A DNA stretch of 64,000 nt, from positions 151,156,001 to 151,220,000 of the forward strand of contig CM059431.1 in assembly GCA_030390025.1 (NCBI GenBank), given 5' to 3'. This document shows positions 39,781 through 48,775 of the stretch, in pieces. This stretch comes from Squalus acanthias. Taxonomy: Eukaryota. Each line of letters begins with the position of its first letter. Position 1 is the first letter of the stretch. Both the position numbers and the translations under genes were made by a program. The notes below the pieces were generated by a model. That model was given only the letters and a program-made list of their open reading frames with translations, searched no databases and was not told the origin of the DNA.

Positions 39781-39837
39781 TGGTCTCTTAACCTGAGTCT
39801 TTCCCGTGGGTCATTTCCCCTGGGACTTTTCAGCTTT

Positions 39838-40235
39838 TAGAATCAGAGAACCATAGAAAGTTACAGCATGGAAGGAGGCCATTTCGGCCAATCGTGTCTG
39901 GGCCGGCCAGCAAAGAGCTATCCTTTCTAATCCCACTTCCCAGCACTTGGACCGTAGCCCTGCAGTTTAGATCATCCCAAGTGCACATCCAAGTACTTTG
40001 TAAATGTGGTGATTGTTCCTGCCACTACCATCCTTTCAGGCAGTGAGTTCCAGACCCCCACAACCTTCTGGGTGAGACATTTCCCCTCAAATCCCCTTTA
40101 AACATTCCACCATTTACTTCAAATCTGTGCACCCTGGAATTTGTTCCCTCTGTTAAAGGAAATAGTTCCTTTCTATCCACTTTATCTATGTCACTCATAA
40201 TTGTATACACCTCAATAAGTCTCCCCTCAGCCTCC
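39838..40235 (-). mobile_element. CR1 LINE, 3' part (tail and ORF2 end); continues at 44899-46040
   Basis: Reverse-complement tail (AGAATC...CATAGAAAGTTACAGC...GGAGGCCATTTCGGCC). The minus ORF 40025..40210 is CR1 ORF2 C-terminal-like (DKVDRKELFPL...SRVHRFEV). Confidence 0.9.
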
Positions 40236-40643
40236 CGGAGGAAGAGGACCTGTGTGGGAGTGGCAGCAGGACCTGAGAGAAGGCGGAGCGGTCATAAGTG
40301 CGGTTTCAACAGGGTGCTGTGCGTTGGAAGCTTAACGATCTCGCAGACCAGCGGCGGATTTCCAGAGCCACGTCATGATTCAAAGTGATGCGGGCAAGAG
40401 GAAGCAGCTGATTGGGTGAGTACGGCCAGGTGAGTATTTATACTACTCTATAGTTTGACAGTTAAGGTTAAGACTTTATAAAGTTTAGAAGGTCTTAACT
40501 TTTACGGTTATAGTTTCTAAGGTCTCTGTTGTGTAGCGGGGAGTGCTAGTCAACAAGGGACCCTTGAGTATATCATTTAATTGTAGTGTAATTAGTAGCA
40601 TTGATTTGATTTAATTTAATTTAAATTATTTCAAGGGTAAGTC

Positions 40644-41593
40644 ATGGCAGCACAGCTCGTCCCCATGGCATGCTCCTCCTGCACTATGTGCGAAATCAGG
40701 GACACTTCCTGTGCACCTGACGACCATGTGTGCAGGAAGCGTATCAAGCAGAAGCTACTGGCAGACCGCATTGCGGTGCTTCAGCTGCGAATGGATACAT
40801 ACTGGAGCATTCGCGATGCTGAGGACGTCGTGGATATCACGTTTAAGCAGTTGGTAACACCGCAGGTAAAAGCTGCACAGGCATAAAGGGAATGGGTGAC
40901 AGCCAGGCAGAGTAGTATGCGCAGGTAGGTAGTGCAGGGGTTCCCTGTGGCCATCCCCCACTCAAACAGATATATCGCTTTGGATATTGTTGTGGGAGAT
41001 GGCTTATCGGGGGAAGGCAGCTGCAGCCAACTTCCTGGCAACATGGGTGGTTCTGCTGCACAGGACGGGAGAAAAAAGAGCGGGAGAACTATAGTGATAG
41101 GGGATTCTATTGTAAGGGGAATAGATAGGCGTTTCTGCAGCCACAAATGAGACTTCAGGATGGTATGTTGCCTCCCTGGCGCAAGGTTAAAGGATGTATC
41201 GGAGCGGCTGCCGGGCATTCTGGAGGTGGAGGGTGAACAGCCAGTTGTCCTGGTGCATATAAGTAACACCGATAAAGGTAAAAACCGGGATGAGGTCCTA
41301 AAAGCGGAATATAGGGAGTTAGTAGGTAAATTAATAAATAGGAACTCAAAGGTAGTAATCTCAGGATTGTTACCAGTTCCACGTGCTAGTCAGAGTAGAA
41401 ATAGAAGGATATTTCAGATAAATACGTGGCTAGTGCAATGGTTCAAGGGGGAGGGTTTCAAATTCCTGGGACATTGGAACCGGTTCTGGGGGAGGTGGCA
41501 CCTGTACAAACTGGACGGTTTGCACCTGGGCGGGACTGGGCCGATTTCCTAGTGGGAGTGTTTGCTAGTGCTGTTGGGGAGGGTTTAAATTAA
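40644..41593 (+). pseudogene. CR1 ORF1p (zinc finger + coiled coil + SGNH/GDSL esterase), interrupted by stops and frameshifts
   Basis: ACSSC...VCRK, SNRY, IVIGDSIVRG, CLPGARLKDV, VLVHISNTD and DGLHL are spread over ORFs 40644..40886, 40932..41150 and 41160..41552. Confidence 0.9.
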
Positions 41594-41741
41594 ATGGAAG
41601 GGAGTTGGGAATCTGTGCAGGTAGACAGAGGAAAGGGAAGCAAGTATAGAAGCAAAAGACAGGAAGGAGAAAAGCAAAAGTGGCAATCAGAGAAATCAAG
41701 GGTGTAAATCAAACAGGGCCACAGTAATTAATAATTCTAAA

Positions 41742-44700
41742 ATGTCTAAGAGTGTTAAACAAACAAGCTTGAAGGCTTTGTGTCTTAATGTGAGGAGCAT
41801 TCGTAATAAGGTGGATGAATTCGCTGCCCAATTATATGTAATCGGATATGATATAATTGGGATTACGGAGACATGGCTCCAGGGTGAACAAGGCTGGGAA
41901 TTCAACATCCAAGGGTATTCAATATTCAGGAAAGACAGGCAAAAAGGAAAAGGAGGTGGGATAGCATTGCTGCTTAAAGAGGAGATTAACACAATAGTGA
42001 CATGAATCTTGTCATTCATGGGAAATGAATAATTACATAATACTGGGCGGCCTGCTGGTGGCGCTGTCCAGGGAGAGTATAAATACTCGGGCATGGGCCC
42101 AGCTTGCTCAGGACATTATTTAACAGAAACTAGGTGACAACATCCAGCTCACCATGTTGTAATCAGTTGATTAAAGCTTTGTTTAACGCTTAGACCAAGT
42201 GCCTAGTAGATTTCTTCCATCAAATAGTAAGGAAGGATATCAGCTTTGATGACGTGGAATCTGTCTGGGCAGAGCCGAGAAATACCAAGGGGCAGAAAAC
42301 GTTAGTGGGAGTTGTATACAAACCCCCAAACAGTAATGCTGAGTTCGAGGATGGCATTAAACGGTAAATTAGAAACGTGTGCAATAAGCGCACAGCCGTT
42401 ATCATGTGTGACTTTAATGTACATATAGATTGGGCTGACCAAATTAGTAACAATACTGTGCAGGACGAATTCCTTGAGTGGATACGGGATGGTTTCCTGG
42501 ACCAATATGTCGAGGAATCAATTAGAGATCATGCCATCTTCGACTGGGTATTATATAATGAGAAATGATTAATTAGCAATGTTGTTGTGCGAGGCCCCAT
42601 GGGGAAGAGCGATCATAATATGATAGAATTCTTCATTAAGGTGGAGGGTGAAGTAGTTGACTCAGAGACTAGTGTCGTGAATTTAAATAAAGAAACTACG
42701 ATGGCATGAGGCGCGAGTTGGCTAGGATGGATTGGGGAACATAACTTAAAAGGTTGATGGTTGATAGGCAATGGTAAACCTTTAAAGATCGCATGGATGA
42801 AATACAGAACTTGTCCATCCCAGTTTGGCATAACAATAAAACAAAAAGGTGACTCAAACGTGGCTAACAAAGGAAATTAGAGACAGCATAAGATCCAAGG
42901 AGAGGACATATAAATTGGCCAGAAAAATCAGCAAACCTGAGGATTGCGAGCAGGTTAGGATTCAGCAAATGAGGACAAAGGGATGGATTAAGAGGGGGGA
43001 AATGGAGTATGAGCGTAAGCCTGCAGGGAAACTAAAAACTGACAGTAAAAGCTCTTTAAAATTATGTGAATTGAAAAAGATTGGTGAAGTCAAGCGTAGG
43101 TCGTATGTAGTCACAATCAGGAGAATTTATAATGAGGAACAACGCAATGGCAGAGCAATTAAATACATACTTTGGTTCTGTCTTCACAAAGGAGAACACA
43201 AATAACCTCCCAGCGATGTCGGGGAACATAGGGTCTAATGAGACGCAGGAACTGAATGAAATCAGTATTTGTAGGGAAATGATGTTAGTGAAATTGACGG
43301 GATTGAAGGCCGATAAATCCCCAGGGCCTGATAATCTACATTCTAGGGCACTTAAGGAAATGGCCCGAGAAATAGTAGATGCATTGCTGGTCATCTTCCA
43401 AAATTCTATAGAGTCTGGAACTGTCCCAATGGTTTGGAGGGCAGCTAATGAAACCCCACTATTTAAAAAAGGTGGTAGAGAGAAAACGGGGAATTATAGA
43501 CCGGTAAGACTGACATCAGTAGTGGGGAAGTTGCTAGAGTCCATTATCAACGATGTAATAGCAGAGCACTTGGAAAACAGTGACAGGATCGGACAAAGTC
43601 AACATGGCTTTACAAAAGGTAAATCATGCCTGACTAATCTACTGAAATTATTAGAAGATGTAACTGGTAGAATAGATAAGGGAGAACGAGTGGATGTGGT
43701 GTATTTGGACTTTCAGAAGGCTTTCGATAAGGTCCAGCATAAGAGATTAGCGTGCAAAGTTAAAGCACATGGGATTGGGGATACGGTACTGACTTGGACA
43801 GAGAACTGGTTGGCAGACAGGAAGCAAAGAGTTGGAATAAATGGCTCGTTTTCCGAGGGGCAGAAAGTGACTGGTGGGGTACCACAGGAATCGGTGCTAG
43901 GACCCCAGTTATTCACAATATATATTAATGAGCTAGACGAGGAAACTAGGTGTAATATCACCAAGTTTGCAGACGACACAAAGCTGGGTGGGCGTGTGTG
44001 CTGTGAGGACGATGCAGAGAAACTCCAGTATGATTTGGACAAGTTGCCTGATTGGGCAGATGCATGGCAGATGCAGTATAATGTGAATGAATGCGAGGTT
44101 ATCCACTTTGGTGGCAAAAACTGGAAGGCAGATTATTATCTGAACGGCAATCGATTGTGAAATGGGGAAGTGCAACGAGACCTGGGTGTCCTTGTACACG
44201 AGTCGCTGAGGTAAACATGCAGGTGCAGCAGGCGGTTAAGAAGGCAAATGGTATGTTGGCCTTCATAACGAGAGGGTTCGAGTACAGGAGCAAGGATGTC
44301 TTGCTGCTGTGTACAGGGCCTTGGTGCGACCACATCTTGAATATTGTGTGCAGTTTTGGTCGTCTTATCTGAGGAAGGATGTTCTTGCCATGGAGGGAGT
44401 GCAGCGAAGATTCACCAGACTGATACCTGGGATCGCAGGAATGACGGATGAAGAGAGATTGGGTTGATTAGGTTTATATTCGCTCGAGTTTAGAAGAATG
44501 AGAGGGGATCTCATTGAAACTTATAAAATTCTAACAGTACTAGACGGACCAGATGCAGGAAGGATGATCCCGATGGTGGGGGAGTCCAGAACCAGGGGTC
44601 AGAGTGTAAGGATAAGGGGTAAGCAATTTTAGACTGAGAGAAGGAGGAATTTCTTCACCCAGAGAGTCGTGAACCTGTGGAATTCTCTACCACAGAAGGC

Positions 44701-44803
44701 AGTTGAGGCCAATTCATTAAATATATTCAAGAAGGAGTTAGATATATTTCTTAAGGCTAAAGGAATCAAGGGATATGGGGAGAAAGCAGGGACAGGGTAC
44801 TTA
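41742..44803 (+). pseudogene. CR1 ORF2p (APE endonuclease + reverse transcriptase), disrupted
   Basis: APE motifs LNVRSIRNK, GITETWL, RKDR...GGGIAL. RT motifs KSPGPD, NYRPVRLTS, LDFQKAFDKV, GVPQESVLGP, FADDTK. C-terminal VVNLWNSLP. Stops, frameshifts and a solo-LTR insertion break the frame. Confidence 0.95.
41998..42222 (+). mobile_element. 225-bp solo LTR with 5-bp target-site duplication
   Basis: TG...CA ends, with AATAG at 41993-41997 and 42223-42227. Removing it restores the CR1 frame (INTIVRKDIS). TATAAA at 42078 and ATTAAA at 42170. Confidence 0.88.
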
Positions 44804-44898
44804 ATTTGGATAATCAGCCATGATCTCATTGAATGGCGGAGCAGGCTTGAGGGGCCGAATGACCTACTCCAATTCCTATCTTCTATGTTTCTATGTTT

Positions 44899-46040
44899 CC
44901 TCTGTTCCAAGGAAAACAGACCCAGCCTATCCAGTCTTTCCCATAGCTCAGATTCTCAACTCCAGGTAACATCCTTGTAAATCTCCTCTGTACCCTCTCC
45001 AGTGCAATCACAACTTTCCTGTAATGTGGTGATCAGAACTGCACGCAGTACTCTAGCTGAGGCCTAACTAGTGTTTAATACATTTGAAGCATAAGCCCCC
45101 TGCTCTTGTATTCTATGCCACGGCTAATATAGGGCAAGCATTCCGTATGCCTTCTTAACCAACTTATCTACCTGGCCTGCTACCTTCAGGGATCAGTGGA
45201 CATGCACTCCAAGGTCCCTGTGTTCCTCTACGCTACTCTGTGTCCTACCATTTAATGTGCATTTCCTTTCCTTTTTAGCCCACCCCAAATGCATTACCAC
45301 ACACTTCTCCGGATTGAATTTAATTTGCCACTGTTCTGCCCACCTGACCAATTTATTGATATCTTCCTGCAGTCTACAATGTCCTTCTTCTGTGTCAACC
45401 ACACAGCCGATTTTAGTATAATCTGCAAACGTCTTAATCATAACCCCTATATTCAAGTCTTGATCATTGATATATACCACAAAAAGCAAGGGACCTACTA
45501 CTGAGCCCTGCTGAGCACCACTGGAAACAGCCTTCCAGTCACAAAAACACCCATCAACCAGTAACATCTGCTTCATGTCTCCGAGCCAGTTTTGAATCCA
45601 CCTTGACACTTTGCCCTGGGTCCCATGAACATTTAACTTCGTGACCAGTCTGCCATGTGGAACCTTATCAAACGCCTTGCTAAACTCCATATACACGACA
45701 TCAAACGCACTGCCCTCATCTAACCTCCTTGTTACCTCTCAAAAAATGAAATCAATTTGTCAGACACGACCTTCCCTTAACAAATCCGTGCTGACTATCA
45801 TTGATTAATGCGTAGCTTTCTAAATGAAGATTTATCCTGTCCTTCAGAATTGGTCCAATAATTTTCCCACCACCGAGGTTAGGCTGACTGGCCTGTAATT
45901 ACTTGGTCTATCCTTTTCTCCCTTTTTAAACAAGGGTCCCACATTAGCAGTCCTCCAGTACTCCGGCACCACACCTGAAGCCAGAGAGGTTTGAAAAATG
46001 TTGGTCAGGGCCTCTGCTATTTCCTCTTTAGCTTCGCTTA
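44899..46040 (-). mobile_element. CR1 LINE, RT-containing continuation of 39838-40235; cut at 46040 by the provirus
   Basis: Minus ORF 45193..45696 has YMEFSKAFDKVPHGRL, GAQQGSVVGPLLF, FADYTK and WQIKFNPEKC. Confidence 0.93.
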
Positions 46041-47059
46041 TGTAGCCGTCGGCGCAGACTCCATGGATTTTTTTAGATTGTGAACATATACCCTTGTTAA
46101 AAACTGGACAGGCTGTTTAGGGGAAAGCAGTGAAAAACCACTGAAGCTGAAGGTGGCTGACGTAACCATTTTGCATTCGTCTGGTAATGAACTGTCCTTG
46201 GGAACAATGGCCCGAGAGGCCCATTCCCAAGTCATGAATAACGAGGCTGGCGACTCAATGTTTCTGGAGAAGATGAGCTCGTTAATTCAATCGGCTGGGA
46301 GATGGAAACGAGATCTAAACCATCCAAACCTGGGAGGAAGCGTGTAATACATTTCCCAGAGGCCATGTGTCCATTAAAAGCAGAGACAGCTGTCTGTGTT
46401 TTGGGGGGGAGGGTATATCAGAGAGCAGTTTGGATAGCTCTCTCGCTCTCTCCTGCCGTCCACACAACGGAACGTCAAGAGAGCTGAGCCTTGCTCTTCC
46501 AACCGAGACGGACTTCGACTCAGACTGGGATTCGCATTCCACAAGGCCGGCATGGAACCAGGTAGCTGAGATGGACGGGTGGAAGATACTAGCAAGATCA
46601 AAAGGGCAATCTAGGTGAGTATTGCAATGCCTACACACCCACAAGATGACTTGGCTATGTGAGGGGTTGCATGTATGTACCTATCAAACCATAGGGGGAT
46701 TAGTGTTGGAAGGGTCCTGTGATAGTTTAGTTAAAGTGAGGGTTTTGTTTAGGCCATGGTAAGTCAGCACGGCAGGGGCTTGTTGGACAAGTCAGGATTG
46801 TACTGTTTTAAACTCTACTGTTGTGTTCACACCGCTCGTACTGTATGCGAGTGGTGTGGTTTTATCAACCTCAATAAACACTGCACTGGTGAGCTCGAAA
46901 ACGCTGTCCGTGTTCCAATCTGTCCTCAGTAACCTCTATCATCCAGAACTTGTAGTAAGGGTGTTTGCGTGCTCGCTATGGGCGAGCTGAAACCACTTAC
47001 AATAATTGGCGATTGCGGCAGGGGCGATTGGAAATTGGCCACCGCAGAAACCGGTTACA
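46041..47059 (+). repeat. Putative 5' LTR (~0.96-1.02 kb)
   Basis: Starts TGTAGCCG exactly where the CR1 homology stops. Ends CGGTTACA at 47059, an imperfect inverted repeat; an alternative end is CTTACA at 47001. AATAAA at 46873. No second LTR is available to confirm the ends. Confidence 0.7.
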
Positions 47060-47063
47060 GATT

Positions 47064-47081
47064 TGGCGACTGCGGCAGGAC
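47064..47081 (+). promoter_or_regulatory. Primer-binding site, tRNA-Arg(TCG)-type
   Basis: TGGCGACTGCGGCAGGAC matches 17/18 to the complement of the vertebrate tRNA-Arg(TCG) 3' end as recalled (TGGCGACCGCGGCAGGAC). It begins after a 4-nt spacer following the LTR-terminal CA. Confidence 0.75.
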
Positions 47082-47100
47082 GATAGGTTGTGGATTAGAT

Positions 47101-48775
47101 ATGAACAGTTTGGAGGGCAAGAGATCTGGAATAGAGGACAGAATTTCCTCCTGCATGTTTAAAAAGGTTAAACTATCCCAGCAATGGGTGCTGGGGATGT
47201 TGCGCTCTAAGAGTCCCCAAGATAGGACCGCAGAGTTGACAGGGAGCAAGGAACACAGGAAGTTCAAAGAGAAGGCGATTTGGCTCATGTGCTGTCCAAA
47301 GCAAGTTCAACTGCTCCGGCAGCAGGTTGATAAGCTCAAACACGAGCTGAAGGAGTCTGAAGACAAGTCAGACGCAAGGGGGATATTCGGGAGTAGATTA
47401 GTGGAGGGGTTGCGCGAGGAAAGACAGGTACGACGTGCGCAGGAATAGACCTCCCGTAATATGGGGGAATACCTGCGGCGCCAGGTAACGGAGGCCACGT
47501 TAAATGAGCAGTCCTTACGGAAGGAGAACGCAAGATTAACAACGAGAGCTTCCGGTTTGGAGGGTCAGCTAAGGGACATTAAAATAGCTCATAAGGGACC
47601 TAGAAGTAAGGGCTATGAAGACTCTGATCACGATCCCTGAGAAGAAAGGATTAAAAATTGACCCAAGCCTTGTCTGGGGCCATTGGCATGGTCAGTTTAA
47701 TGGCACCAGGGAAAACCCGGGTGGAGTGGGAAAAGGAGTGTCAGGAAGCCAATGATAAGGTTCAGGACAGGGAAGTTCCACCAGCGCCGGAAGCGCCACT
47801 GAGACCAATGTATCCTCTGTGGCAGCAAAAGTTTGGTACACCAACTTCAAACGGTGACGAGGGCCCGCTGCAGAGCGATTAATTGGTGCCCTTCACCACA
47901 CCGCAGTTGCAAGCCATGGTAGCAGAGTTCCCCAAACTAGAACAAGACGGGGATCCCTCAGTTCACTTTATGGAGGTCGAGCAGGTAGGGGTGATCAACG
48001 GGTGTAGCGAGGGCGAGACCCACAGGCTGATGCTGCTCTCTCTTGATGGGAAAATGTATCAGAGCCTGTCCGCAGCCACAAATGCGGGGCGAGGCACCAC
48101 ATAGGGGTTGAAAGAGGAGATCCTGAGAGCCATGGGGCCTACTCAGGGTAGTCCGTTGTCAGAAGTGGAATGGACTCTACAGTTGGCCGGCGAGGCACAA
48201 GCTGCATTTGCGGACAGGCTATGGCCGGTGTAAGCAAAGGCAACTAAAGGTGCGCCAGACCGCGCACAACTGATAGGGGTCCCCAGAAATCACTGGCTCA
48301 GGACAATGGTAGCAAACAGCCTGCCACGGATTAAAGCCAAGGCAGAAGCATGGTTTGACTCCGAGGAACTCGGGAACATGGAGGCAGGCGTGCTCTGGAA
48401 ATTGGGCTTAGCTTTTAGAGCCGGTTCTGGGGAGGAGGTCAACAAAAGGGGAGGGTACATGAGACGAAGGCCAGTAAGGGGGATAGGAAGGAATGGCATC
48501 AGGAAGGGGGTAACACCGACGAGTCTAAGATTTGCTTCAAGTGTGGGATGATGGGACACTGATGGCGGGATTACCCGGCAGAAAAGGGGGGGTCAGGCCG
48601 AAGGGGTCCTGCCGTGCGAAAACCCCAGGTCACTGAGGCGAAGGAGGCGACCAATGAACTGTTTGATGCTCCGGTGGCCACCCTTCGCACGGTGCTGGGG
48701 AAGGACAAAGGAAGGCTAGACGCTGCCGTGAGCAGCATAACGGCGACCGCACCCGCATGTCTTCCTTCCTCCTGA
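47101..48775 (+). pseudogene. gag: gag (coiled-coil N-terminus, retroviral-type capsid with MHR, CCHC knuckle), disrupted
   Basis: YPLWQQ...VPFTTPQLQAMVAEFPKLEQDGDP (capsid N-terminal-like). QLAGEAQAAFADRL at 48180 (MHR pattern QxxxExxxxFxxR). CFKCGMMGH*WRDY at 48533. Confidence 0.8.

Larger units (their letters stand above)
1..39831. repeat. Pyrimidine-rich diverged satellite array, 14-16 bp monomer (approx. TCT(C)TTT(T)CCCCTGGG / ACTTTTCCCCTGGG); runs off the 5' end of the window
   Basis: Continuous reiteration of TTTCCCCTGGG variants from base 1 to ~39831. The + strand is T/C-rich and very A-poor. The only interruption is at 32989-33466. Confidence 0.97.
40236..44898 (+). mobile_element. 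Near full-length, decayed CR1 LINE (5' UTR, ORF1, ORF2, 3' UTR, (TTCTATGT)n tail) nested in the antisense CR1
   Basis: ORF1 and ORF2 motifs are listed below. Tail TTCTATGTTTCTATGTTT at ~44881-44898. The flanks ...CTCAGCCTCC | TCTGTTCCAAGG rejoin into continuous antisense CR1 sequence. Confidence 0.95.

Noticed and set aside
1-39831. CRISPR array or bacterial Dcm (CCWGG) signal
   Set aside because: No unique spacers, no cas genes, and the context is vertebrate.
1-39831. Immunoglobulin switch-like region or telomeric repeat
   Set aside because: AGCT/WGCW hotspots are rare, there are no Ig exons in the window, and there is no TTAGGG array.
47007-47081. PBS matching the neighbouring tRNA-Lys, or tRNA-targeted integration
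   Set aside because: A Lys(UUU) PBS would read TGGCGCCCGAACAGGGAC, whereas the observed one fits Arg(TCG). The 5' insertion point is in a CR1, and proximity to the tRNA looks like a later deletion.
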